Below are positions 31,639-40,189 of a stretch of 45,283 nucleotides of DNA, piece after piece. The stretch's first letter is position 1. Every line of letters begins with the position of its first letter. Source of the stretch: an archaeon (lineage in GTDB: Archaea > Nanobdellota > Nanobdellia > Pacearchaeales > GW2011-AR1); contig JBAXEZ010000001.1 in the NCBI GenBank assembly GCA_037140195.1, forward strand, positions 1 through 45,283. Direction: 5' to 3'. The notes under the pieces were generated by a model, which saw only the letters and a list, made by a program, of their open reading frames with translations, ran no database searches and was not told where the DNA came from. The translations under genes were made by a program, and so were the position numbers.

Positions 31639-32946
31639 ATGAAAAAGGGACTTTCACGAAGGAATTTTCTTCAAGCAGGAATGCTTGCTGTCGCAGGAGC
31701 GAGTGTTTCTAAAGGAGAAGTTACTCTTGAAAAAAAAGAAGCAAAAGCCAAATCAGTTATTCAAGTTTTTCTTTGGGGCGGAATGTCACATACTGATACT
31801 TGGGATCCAAAACCAGACGCAGGTTATGATTACACTGGAGAATTCAACAAAGCAATTCCAACAAATATTTCGGGTATTCAACTAGGTACTTTATTTCCAA
31901 ATCTTGCAACTGTTATGGATAAGTTTTCTTTAATTAGAAGCATGACTCACCGAAACAACGGGCATGAAACTGCCGCATACATGATGCAAACAGGACACGT
32001 TCCAGGTGAGCGTTTAGCATATCCCTCGATAGGAGCAGTATTTTCTCATTTCAAAAGTCAACATTACAAGGGATTAATTCCACCATATATTGTTTTAACT
32101 CAGCCACAGGGAAGATTTTCCGAAGAAGGATTTTTAGGATCAAAAGCTAAACCCTTCGCAACAGGCGGAGATCCAAACGCAATAAGATTTGAAGTTGAAG
32201 GAGTTACCTCTAGAGGTATTTCAGATGAAAGACAAAAATCAAGAAGAAAATTATTGGAAGACTTAAATGTATTTGGAAAATTAGATGAGGATACTCCTGA
32301 GATAATTTTAGCAAATGATTCGAAAGAAAAAGCATATGAATTAATTTTGGGAAAAGGAAAAGAGGTTTTTGATTTATCAAATGAAAAAAGTGCTTTGAGA
32401 GATAAATATGGGAGATTTACATTCGGGCAAGATTGTTTGGCTGCAAGAAGACTAGTTGAAGCGGGAGTTCCGTATGTTGTTATAAATTATCCTGGTGGGT
32501 GGGATACTCACAGTAATCATTTCGCGACGATGAAACGACAGGCCCCTCAGTTGGATCAGGGGCTCGCAACTCTTTTACAGGATTTAAGCGATAGAGGTTT
32601 ACTCAATTCTACAATTGTTTGGTGCTCTGGAGAATTTGGAAGAACACCCAAAGTTGATTGGCAACCTCCTTGGAATGGTGGGAGAAATCATTACGGAAAT
32701 GTGTTTAGTGTCCTAGTTGCGGGAGGAGGTTTCAAGGGAGGGCAAATTGTTGGTTCAAGTGATGCAAAAGGTGAAGAGGTCAAAGAGCGCCCAGTTTATC
32801 CAATTGATTTGCTGGGGAGTATCTATTCACTTGGCGGGATAGACGCGAGTGCAAGATTACCGCATCCAGAAGGGCTAGAAGCTTATGTTCTTCCAAAGAT
32901 TTCTGATGGAATAAAATCTGGTGGACTACTAAAGGAGATCATGTAA
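31639..32946 (+). CDS. DUF1501-family (sulfatase-fold) protein with a twin-arginine signal
   Basis: Tat motif SRRNFLQAGMLAVAGASV; VIQVFLWGGMSHTDTWDPKPDA; GEFGRTPKV...GGRNHYGNVFSVLVAGGGFKGGQIVGSSD...PIDLLGSIYSLGGID. All are typical of planctomycete-type DUF1501. Confidence 0.8.
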   Translation: MKKGLSRRNFLQAGMLAVAGASVSKGEVTLEKKEAKAKSVIQVFLWGGMSHTDTWDPKPDAGYDYTGEFNKAIPTNISGIQLGTLFPNLATVMDKFSLIRSMTHRNNGHETAAYMMQTGHVPGERLAYPSIGAVFSHFKSQHYKGLIPPYIVLTQPQGRFSEEGFLGSKAKPFATGGDPNAIRFEVEGVTSRGISDERQKSRRKLLEDLNVFGKLDEDTPEIILANDSKEKAYELILGKGKEVFDLSNEKSALRDKYGRFTFGQDCLAARRLVEAGVPYVVINYPGGWDTHSNHFATMKRQAPQLDQGLATLLQDLSDRGLLNSTIVWCSGEFGRTPKVDWQPPWNGGRNHYGNVFSVLVAGGGFKGGQIVGSSDAKGEEVKERPVYPIDLLGSIYSLGGIDASARLPHPEGLEAYVLPKISDGIKSGGLLKEIM

Positions 32947-33444
32947 ATGGAAGACGAATCTTTTTATTATCGGGGAAGGGAGGATTGTTTACGAAGATTG
33001 CCTGCAAATCCTTCGGGCGCAGAGTCTCCTCAAGAAAGAAATGCCTACATGAACGGATATAATTCAGTGCAACAGCAAATGCAGGGAAAACTTTTAGGCA
33101 ACTTAAAAAATGCATTAGAATCATATAGAGAGTTAACTGCTAAAAAAGATCTTTCAAAGCATGAGGCCATTGATAGCATAAAATCTTTGACGTTAACATT
33201 AACCGAACTTCTTGCAGATTCTTTGCATGAACCCGCAGACGTACGAACAAATCTAGATGATTCATTCAGAAAAACTCTCTTTGAACTTAGACAATATGAT
33301 CCTACTTTGGAATTTAAAATTAGAGAATTGTACAATGCAGTTCAGAAATCTAAAAGATTTGAACTTAGAGAAGGAGAATTAACAAAGCAAATTAATATTG
33401 TAGAAAACAGCGAAAAGCATAAAGCTAGAAGAAAGAAAAATTAA
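32947..33444 (+). CDS. hypothetical helical protein, start abutting the DUF1501 stop
   Basis: TAAATG junction at 32944-32949. 165 aa, charged and helical. Confidence 0.45.
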   Translation: MEDESFYYRGREDCLRRLPANPSGAESPQERNAYMNGYNSVQQQMQGKLLGNLKNALESYRELTAKKDLSKHEAIDSIKSLTLTLTELLADSLHEPADVRTNLDDSFRKTLFELRQYDPTLEFKIRELYNAVQKSKRFELREGELTKQINIVENSEKHKARRKKN

Positions 33445-33447
33445 ATT

Positions 33448-34083
33448 TTATTCAAATTCGATATCTAACTGTTTCAAAAAGTCTTCCATCACTTTTATTC
33501 TTTTTTTGGCGATTATTTTTGCTTCTTTTGTTAACAAATATTTGTCCCATGTGATTATTTTTTGGATAGTTCCATAAACACTATCGTTAAATCCGTCTTT
33601 TTTCCCATTGACGTAATAAGGAATTTTATTAGCAACACAAAAATGTATTGCTCGAATAATGCCTACGCTACCTAAAGCATCTAAATTATCTGCATCAATT
33701 AATATTCTTGCCTCAATAGGTAGTTTTTCCAAAACGTTATTTACCGAATACGCTGCGCTTACGTGGTTCAAAACACATGAACAAATAACTTCAATTTTTT
33801 CCTTTGGAAAACTATACTTCGGTAAAATTTTACGTGCTATTTTTTCTCCATTAATATGGTGGTCTTTGTGTCCTTTAGATGGAAAAGCAATGTCATGTAA
33901 TAAGCAAGAAGCAGTTAAAATATCAAAGTCAATATTTTTATATCTCTTGGCAAGATTATTCGCATTCTCAATTGTTCTTTCTATGTGGACAAATCCATGT
34001 CCTGAATTTTCATTCGCATGTTCTTTTTTAACAAATTCAACCAAACCTTGCCAATTATATGGGGAAACTTTCTTACTAATCAT
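33448..34083 (-). CDS. HD-domain metal-dependent phosphohydrolase
   Basis: GHGFVHIERT...ASCLLHDIA...LIDADNLDALG. Confidence 0.75.
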   Translation of the reverse strand: MISKKVSPYNWQGLVEFVKKEHANENSGHGFVHIERTIENANNLAKRYKNIDFDILTASCLLHDIAFPSKGHKDHHINGEKIARKILPKYSFPKEKIEVICSCVLNHVSAAYSVNNVLEKLPIEARILIDADNLDALGSVGIIRAIHFCVANKIPYYVNGKKDGFNDSVYGTIQKIITWDKYLLTKEAKIIAKKRIKVMEDFLKQLDIEFE

Positions 34084-34184
34084 AAATTATCTAAAGAAAG
34101 AGTATATTTAACAATATCGTTAATCTCTAAATCCTGCTTTCCCAGAATATAAATCTTTATAAAACCCCTTCCTTTTTCAAGTTT

Positions 34185-34808
34185 ATGCCAGAAATCTTGG
34201 ACAACGAACAAAGAAAGAGGAACGTCGCTTACAAGTTGCGAATCGGGGATATTCTAAAATCTAAACCAGTCACCAACGAAGGCAAACTTTTATTCTTGGA
34301 ACTAGGCGACAAAAAGTTACTTAGAGTAAATTTAATCGCAAATGTAGTTGACAAATTTATAAATGAGGGCGAGAAAAAATACGCCTCCATAACCGTTGAT
34401 GATGCTTCCGGCCAGATTAAACTTAAAGCATTTGGCGATGACGTAGAATCGTTAAAATCCATTTCTTCAGGCGATACACTTCAAATCATTGGTTTAATTA
34501 GAGAGTATAACAGTGAACTTTATATTACTCCTGAAGTCGCAAAACGAGTTGACCCGAAATGGCTTTTAGTTAGAAAATTAGAAATCCAAAGTGCAAAGAA
34601 AGATGCCCCTCTTCCAACAAACGCTTCACTTAGAGAAATAATCTTGGAAAAAATAAAGAAGGGCGATGCCTCTGGCGGAATTGACAAAGAACAGCTTATC
34701 CTAGACACGGACACCTCTCCAGAAGTCATTAACGCTGAAATTAAGCACCTTTTAGAAGAAGGGATGATCTATGAACCGAGGCCCGGAATTTTAAGATATT
34801 TGGGCTAA
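34185..34808 (+). CDS. OB-fold ssDNA-binding protein, RPA32-like (OB plus C-terminal winged helix)
   Basis: RVNLIANVVDKFINEGEKKYASITVDDASGQIKLKAFGD...GDTLQIIGLIREYNSELYI (OB fold). C-terminal EVINAEIKHLLEEGMIYEPRPGILRYL (wHTH-like). Confidence 0.5.
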   Translation: MPEILDNEQRKRNVAYKLRIGDILKSKPVTNEGKLLFLELGDKKLLRVNLIANVVDKFINEGEKKYASITVDDASGQIKLKAFGDDVESLKSISSGDTLQIIGLIREYNSELYITPEVAKRVDPKWLLVRKLEIQSAKKDAPLPTNASLREIILEKIKKGDASGGIDKEQLILDTDTSPEVINAEIKHLLEEGMIYEPRPGILRYLG

Positions 34809-34811
34809 AAA

Positions 34812-36263
34812 TTAAATCTTTCCTTTATGTTTCATTACCCTGTATAAATCTTTTGTATACCTGCCCATAAATCCATCCTTTTTAAGAAGATTTTGTGCTC
34901 CAAAGAACATCTGATTTCTCAAACTTAAATTGTCGTAGCATTCAAAAACTTTGTCCGCAACATCTTGAGGGGTTCCAAGTTTAATAAGTTCGTCATAAAG
35001 TTCTTGATTAACTCCTACGGAAAGTGAAGAAACTTTTTTTCTTCTCAAAAAGCAGCTAGCTATATTTTGAACATTATAACTTAGGACGTCATGCAAATGA
35101 GATCCTACAGATTTTCTTTTTCTAAGTTCTTTTTTTCTTTCAAGAACATATGTGTGTGCTGCTGCAGTTAGCAAAGTATCTTTTAACTCGAACTCATGTC
35201 CGTGTTTTGGAAAATCTGCTTGCATATCTGAAATTATTTGCATTGCTTGGTAATCTGCCATACCTTCGACTGAAACTCCGTCCCTATGTGCTAACTCATG
35301 AGCATAAATTCTATAAAAATCTCTAATTTCTCCTTCCAGGTGATCTCTTGAAACCTTAATAACATTCTTTCTAAACGGAGAAATACCTCCGGCGCTACCT
35401 GCAGGCATTTTAGTTACCTCTATCACAATCTTCTCTAAGTCACAGGTCGGGCAATATTTTTGTGCATATCTGTCTACCTCTTCTTTCATTTGTTCAACTT
35501 TCTCTGGGCAGTATTCTTCTGGCTTAGATTTCTTCACTCGTATCTCAAATTTTTTATCTCCCATTTGTCTCATTGTTTCTTTAACTTGCTGTACAATCTC
35601 TTTGGGGAGGTCTGCTAACAGTTCTTCTAATTGGTCACTGGTTATCTCTTTCGATTCATCTTCTTCTACATTCTGCTTTGCTACTCGGTATTGTGCAGAG
35701 AGTCGATTTATATCTCTTTTAATTTCTTCAATTGTAGGTGTGGGGAAATCTACTTTCTGTCCTTTAGATTTATTTCTAAAATAAATATCTGTTCCAAGCA
35801 TCGTAGCAAAGATAGCATATGTGGGGAAATGTTCCATACCAGGAACAACATCCTTTGCAAGACATAATCCTAATCCCGCAATCAAACCAGCATGTCTACT
35901 TAGAAAATTTGGCCTATGAACATTGTCGTAGTTAACTATCACACCATTAATTTTTATATCATGGTAATCTTCGAAAGCAATTTTTAATCTACTTAACTGC
36001 TCTTTTTCTTTCTCTGAGTCACTAGCAGAATGTTTATGGGTAAGATATTGGCATAAATTTTTTGCAACTAAATGTTTAATCTTTTCTTCTGGGGGCTTGC
36101 TTGCAAGAAGATTCCTCACTTCTCTAAAAAATGAAGCGCCAGAAGGCGTATAGGCTTTATATATTGCATCTAATTTTTCACTAGTCAGAACTAATTCTCC
36201 GGTTGCTTTTTCTTCAATCCGTATTCCTTCCAAAGATTCTCTTACTAAATCATCTAATGTCAT
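34812..36263 (-). CDS. large HExxH zincin-like protein with a central hydrophobic segment
   Basis: RIYAHELAHRDGVSVEGMADYQAM (HExxH plus EGxAD). Central HAGLIAGLGLCLAKDVVPG...YAIFATMLG. Confidence 0.45.
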   Translation of the reverse strand: MTLDDLVRESLEGIRIEEKATGELVLTSEKLDAIYKAYTPSGASFFREVRNLLASKPPEEKIKHLVAKNLCQYLTHKHSASDSEKEKEQLSRLKIAFEDYHDIKINGVIVNYDNVHRPNFLSRHAGLIAGLGLCLAKDVVPGMEHFPTYAIFATMLGTDIYFRNKSKGQKVDFPTPTIEEIKRDINRLSAQYRVAKQNVEEDESKEITSDQLEELLADLPKEIVQQVKETMRQMGDKKFEIRVKKSKPEEYCPEKVEQMKEEVDRYAQKYCPTCDLEKIVIEVTKMPAGSAGGISPFRKNVIKVSRDHLEGEIRDFYRIYAHELAHRDGVSVEGMADYQAMQIISDMQADFPKHGHEFELKDTLLTAAAHTYVLERKKELRKRKSVGSHLHDVLSYNVQNIASCFLRRKKVSSLSVGVNQELYDELIKLGTPQDVADKVFECYDNLSLRNQMFFGAQNLLKKDGFMGRYTKDLYRVMKHKGKI

Positions 36264-36403
36264 TATTGTTCATTGCCCTTTAGGTTTTTAAATCTTTCTA
36301 GTTGTTACCACTAAATAAAGACACAACTTTAGTAAGATTTAAAAACCTCTTTGGTCTATTTGTTTTATCTAATTAAAGAAGTTTATTGGATAAAACATTA
36401 AAA

Positions 36404-36589
36404 ATGGCAGAATATAGATGTCCGTTAGCACACAAAGAAGGAACACATGACTTTTGTAGATTTGATAAGTCAGTTTCCTGCGAAAAACATGATAAATATG
36501 AAGAATGCCTAGTTTATCATCAGGCACTCACTTTTGCGCACGGTGCTGCCCATTTAGCAGAATTAGAAACATTAGTTGTTGGAGATTAA
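36404..36589 (+). CDS. small Cys/His-rich protein
   Basis: MAEYRCPLAHKEGTHDFCRFDKSVSCEKHDKYEEC. ATG at 36404 is preferred over the TTG at 36386. Confidence 0.4.
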   Translation: MAEYRCPLAHKEGTHDFCRFDKSVSCEKHDKYEECLVYHQALTFAHGAAHLAELETLVVGD

Positions 36590-36634
36590 ATACTCTACAA
36601 TAAAGATTATAAATAGATTATAATTACGTCTTAC

Positions 36635-36895
36635 ATGGATCCCTTAGAAAAACTCTGTCAAGATATAAAAGACAATCCTTCTATTGAGATAACTAAATCT
36701 GCAGATGCAGATCCTAGAGAATGTGAGAAATTCTTCAAACACGAATGTGCGTACACTAGAAAAGAAACTCCAGTTACTGGTGCAAGTGGAGGAACTTACA
36801 CCTATTCATTTACTCCAACTACTTTAGGCACTGTAATTCATTTAAGCTGCGCTTGTGGTAAAAAAGAAGATGTAACGGATTATCGTATGTGGTAA
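36635..36895 (+). CDS. small Cys-containing protein
   Basis: 86 aa, ending LSCACGKKEDVTDYRMW. No family named. Confidence 0.4.
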   Translation: MDPLEKLCQDIKDNPSIEITKSADADPRECEKFFKHECAYTRKETPVTGASGGTYTYSFTPTTLGTVIHLSCACGKKEDVTDYRMW

Positions 36896-36916
36896 TTTAA
36901 TTTTTTAGAATAGGTA

Positions 36917-37219
36917 TTAAAATCTCATCAAATTCTTTTCTCGTTCAGTAAGAGTAAATTCATCGTCTTCAACAAAAAAACTTGCGTTTCCGCTTTCTAA
37001 CTCAACAATCAATCCACTATTCTCATGATCTCTAACTTCGGGGTGACTTTCAGCAAGTGAGTCTGTATCGCGATAAAAACCTTGAGTTACCATGTTGTTA
37101 TGATAATAAAAATATAGAACTCCTTTTTTGTATTGATCAGTATACTTCTTGCCAACTTTTTCCCATAGATTAACTAACTCTTGTCTCTCACTATCTAAGT
37201 TCGCCATCATCCCTCTCAA
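36917..37219 (-). CDS. hypothetical protein
   Basis: 100-aa ORF overlapping the 3' end of the upstream gene. Possible starts at 37219, 37210 or 37207. Confidence 0.4.
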   Translation of the reverse strand: MRGMMANLDSERQELVNLWEKVGKKYTDQYKKGVLYFYYHNNMVTQGFYRDTDSLAESHPEVRDHENSGLIVELESGNASFFVEDDEFTLTEREKNLMRF

Positions 37220-38063
37220 GATATTCTTTTTCTTTCTTTAACTTCTTTAAATCAGCTAAATCGCTTAAAGTAATATTATCTAAATTTTCTCTTCTAGAAA
37301 AATCAAATTTGTCTGATTCAATTTCAGTTGCAAGTTGTTCATATCTTTTCTTTTTTTCTTCATTTTTCTGCCTAACTATTTCATCAACGTCAATTTTATC
37401 GTGCTGAGTTTGCACATCTCCATTATAATAATCTACTCCTTCATCTTTAGCTTTTTTAACAAGGAAGAAATGTTTTTTCATTTTATTTTTAACTGACTCT
37501 AAAATTCCCTGCTCAATAGTATTCTTTACTTCAGTTTCTTTTGCCATTTTAGGAGAAGGAGCAACTATGGGTGCATTAGCTTTCAATATTTTAACTTCTA
37601 AGATTTTCTGAGCGGCAGATGCAATAGATTGGAATCCGGGGAATAGTTGGCCTGCTTCCAAAGCTTCGTATTGTGCCTGGTCTATACCTGCTAAATGAGC
37701 AAGCTGAGGAATAGTCATCTTCATGTGTCTTCTAGCCTGTTTTAAAACCCAATCGTAATTTTGAACTAAATCGCCATGTTCTTGTTTCATTCCCGGAAAT
37801 TTCAACTTTGCCAAGCTTTTATGAGCAATAAGTTGATCTTTCATCATAAATTTTTTCTGTGGAGAAGACATATTTTCCATAACTTCTCTAACACTTCTTC
37901 TTTTTTCTGCCTGTTCAAGCTGCTCTCTTGTAGGTTTTTTTATCAAAGTAATATTTTCTCTTTCAGAACATTTATAACAGATTTTTCTAACGCCTGCACT
38001 ACTTACTCCATCAAATAATGCGACCTCTTCCTCAGGTTTTCCACAAACAAAGCATTTTGCCAT
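37191..38063 (-). CDS. MBF1-like zinc-ribbon plus HTH (Cro/C1-type) protein with a long charged C-terminal extension
   Basis: N-terminal CFVCGKPEEEVALFDGVSSAGVRKICYKC, then LKQARRHMKMTIPQLAHLAGIDQAQYEALEAGQLFP, as in archaeal MBF1. About 125 extra C-terminal residues. Confidence 0.5.
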   Translation of the reverse strand: MAKCFVCGKPEEEVALFDGVSSAGVRKICYKCSERENITLIKKPTREQLEQAEKRRSVREVMENMSSPQKKFMMKDQLIAHKSLAKLKFPGMKQEHGDLVQNYDWVLKQARRHMKMTIPQLAHLAGIDQAQYEALEAGQLFPGFQSIASAAQKILEVKILKANAPIVAPSPKMAKETEVKNTIEQGILESVKNKMKKHFFLVKKAKDEGVDYYNGDVQTQHDKIDVDEIVRQKNEEKKKRYEQLATEIESDKFDFSRRENLDNITLSDLADLKKLKKEKEYLERDDGELR

Positions 38064-38083
38064 AAAAACTAATCTATTAGTGT

Positions 38084-38113
38084 CTTTTTAAGGATTTATG
38101 TAATAAAATATAC
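38084..38113. repeat. direct repeat copy 1 (contains the putative TATA of 37191..38063)
   Basis: Exact 17-mer TTTTAAGGATTTATGTA at 38086-38102 equals 38221-38237. Flanking similarity extends to about 27 nt. Confidence 0.8.
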
Positions 38114-38193
38114 TTCTTAAAAAGACCTAAATAAAATCTAGGTTAAATAAACGAGCGTAGCTCGACAAGAATTCTTTTTTGATTTCGGAGGAA

Positions 38194-38214
38194 ACTTTTT
38201 TCGGTGAAAAAAGT
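38194..38214 (-). terminator. hairpin ACTTTTTT-CGGTG-AAAAAAGT 3' of 38250..38909 (copy of the 24698 element)
   Basis: 8-bp stem, 36 nt downstream of the minus-strand stop, with T-runs on both strands. Confidence 0.45.
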
Positions 38215-38218
38215 AAGT

Positions 38219-38247
38219 TCTTTTAAGGATTTATGTAGTGAAATACT
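38219..38247. repeat. direct repeat copy 2
   Basis: See 38084..38113. Lies immediately 3' of the 38250 stop. Confidence 0.8.
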
Positions 38248-38249
38248 AT

Positions 38250-38909
38250 TTATTTAAGCAAAAAGTTAATATCATTTACATTAGTCAAATTAGAGTGTGT
38301 CCTTCCGTTCACTACAATTGAAGGAATAGTCAAAACAGAATATTTGTCCATTAGTTTGTTAACAAATTCATTTTGGGTAGAAGTATCAAACGCATATACA
38401 ATTATATTTGGATTATTATAAACAATCGAATCAAGCATACTACCTATTTTTTCTGAAGACTTTAAATTTTCTCCTTCATTGGAATAAAAGAAAAGAACCA
38501 AAGTATAATCTTTTCCACATTTTTGGTTTTGAGCACTCTTCAGCAAATAGTGCTGTGCTTGAGCAATGTTATATATTTTTTTCTGCAATAAAACCCTTTT
38601 ATCTTCCTTTCCAAGCGTTTCCTCTAAATCCGTAATTAATTTTCTATGATAATAAAAACTTTGCTCTGCTTTTTCAGTAAAGTTAATTGAACAAACATCT
38701 TTTGAAAATAAATCGCTCTCTATTCCTAGTTCAAATAACAAATAGAAATCATTTAAATTTTTCTCTAAAACTGCCGCTTCTTGACGATAGATAATTTGAT
38801 TAGTAATCAGAAATCCACTAATAAATATCAACGTCCCAATTACAAATGATGCAAGATACAAATAGGGGCTCTGGAATTTTCTTGTTGTCATATTAATTTT
38901 AATCCTCAA
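38250..38909 (-). CDS. single-pass membrane protein with a thioredoxin-fold-like C-terminal region lacking CxxC
   Basis: TM helix YLYLASFVIGTLIFISGFLI. The C-terminal YTLVLFFYSNEG...IIVYAFDTS...LTIPSIVVNG resembles a Trx-like beta-alpha-beta layout. Confidence 0.4.
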   Translation of the reverse strand: MRIKINMTTRKFQSPYLYLASFVIGTLIFISGFLITNQIIYRQEAAVLEKNLNDFYLLFELGIESDLFSKDVCSINFTEKAEQSFYYHRKLITDLEETLGKEDKRVLLQKKIYNIAQAQHYLLKSAQNQKCGKDYTLVLFFYSNEGENLKSSEKIGSMLDSIVYNNPNIIVYAFDTSTQNEFVNKLMDKYSVLTIPSIVVNGRTHSNLTNVNDINFLLK

Positions 38910-38921
38910 CTGTTTAAAAAC

Positions 38922-40187
38922 TTACCTCCATTTTCCCTTGATATTAAATATTGAATAAACAATTGAAACTGCCCACCAGAACGCAAAGAATACTGCAAAG
39001 AATATATAAAACAAGGGTAACGATAACCAGGCTCCTTTGATTCTACCAATCTTTTTAGACGCATAAATTAAATAAAATGCAGTCAGGAATACAAAGAAAA
39101 CTAAGAAAATAATTTGGGGTCTTGAAAATATAACAAACAAATTTCTAGAAGTAACCTCTTGCCACATTGCTGGATTGAACAATAACCCATATCGGTAAGA
39201 CAAATCAAAGTTTACACTATTTAGTAAAGCAAATTCTTGTAATCCTTGGGCGACTATCGAGTATCCTAAATAGAATAATGCGAATACTGAGAAGAAAATA
39301 CTTATCCATGCTAAAGGAAGAAGAACCATTCCTAGATCGCCATATTTTGGACCAAATAGTCGTTTATAGGTCCACATATTCTTAAGCAAGCCCATATACC
39401 ATCTTCTTCTTTGTACTGTTAATGCCTTAAATTTATTCGGTGCGACAGTATAAACTGCTGAGTTTACCGAATTTTCAATTTTATATCCGTGTGATTGTAT
39501 TCTCAAAGCCATCTCCAAGTCCTCCGTTAAATTCCCGGATTCCATTCCAATATACCCTCCATATTTGTCAAAGAAAGATTTTCTGTAGGCTGAAAACGCG
39601 CCAGGAGTTACGTGGATAGAATTTAAAGAAGCGAAAACTTTTCTTAAGAAAATTCCTAAAACATATTCCATCTGTTGAACTCGCTGTAGGATTCCTTTTG
39701 GTTCATGTAAAATAATAGATGGTGTTACAGACATGACCTCTCGATCTTTAAAATATCTAATCATTTCAATTGCACTATTTTTTTCTATAAACGTGTCTGC
39801 ATCCATTGTAATAATCACTTCCCCTCTAGCCTTAGAAATAGCCAAGTTCAATGCACTAGCTTTTCCACCATTGACTTTCGTGAAAACTTTCACAAATTTA
39901 TTCTGCATGCTTCTCGCAATTTTCAAAGTGTTATCTTTACTTCCATCATCAACAACTATTATTTCAAATTTATTTTTCGGATAGTCCGAGGCGAGTGCCG
40001 TTTCAATAGTTCGTTTAATAGATTTCTCCTCATTATAAGCTGGAATAATTATTGTTAAAAACGGTAGTTCTTTGTCTGTGAATAATGGCTTTTTATTATC
40101 CTTATTAATCAAAAAAGAAAGAATGTAGAATGTTGTAGCAACAATACCCAGATAAATAGAAGTATAGGTTATTATTGTGACAATCAT
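38922..40187 (-). CDS. processive family-2 glycosyltransferase (PgaC/cellulose/chitin-synthase-like) with N- and C-terminal TM helices
   Basis: LTIIIPAYNEEKSI, VVDDGSKDNT, GKASALN, TMDADT, LTEDLE, and QRRRW (QxxRW). Confidence 0.8.
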   Translation of the reverse strand: MIVTIITYTSIYLGIVATTFYILSFLINKDNKKPLFTDKELPFLTIIIPAYNEEKSIKRTIETALASDYPKNKFEIIVVDDGSKDNTLKIARSMQNKFVKVFTKVNGGKASALNLAISKARGEVIITMDADTFIEKNSAIEMIRYFKDREVMSVTPSIILHEPKGILQRVQQMEYVLGIFLRKVFASLNSIHVTPGAFSAYRKSFFDKYGGYIGMESGNLTEDLEMALRIQSHGYKIENSVNSAVYTVAPNKFKALTVQRRRWYMGLLKNMWTYKRLFGPKYGDLGMVLLPLAWISIFFSVFALFYLGYSIVAQGLQEFALLNSVNFDLSYRYGLLFNPAMWQEVTSRNLFVIFSRPQIIFLVFFVFLTAFYLIYASKKIGRIKGAWLSLPLFYIFFAVFFAFWWAVSIVYSIFNIKGKWR

Positions 40188-40189
40188 TT

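Noticed and set aside
33659-34111. 150-aa plus-strand ORF opposite the HD-domain gene (also 23515..23865 opposite dph2, 28610..28846 and 27869..28093 opposite mcm)
   Set aside because: The opposite strands carry strongly motif-supported genes. These are typical long antisense ORFs of AT-rich genomes.
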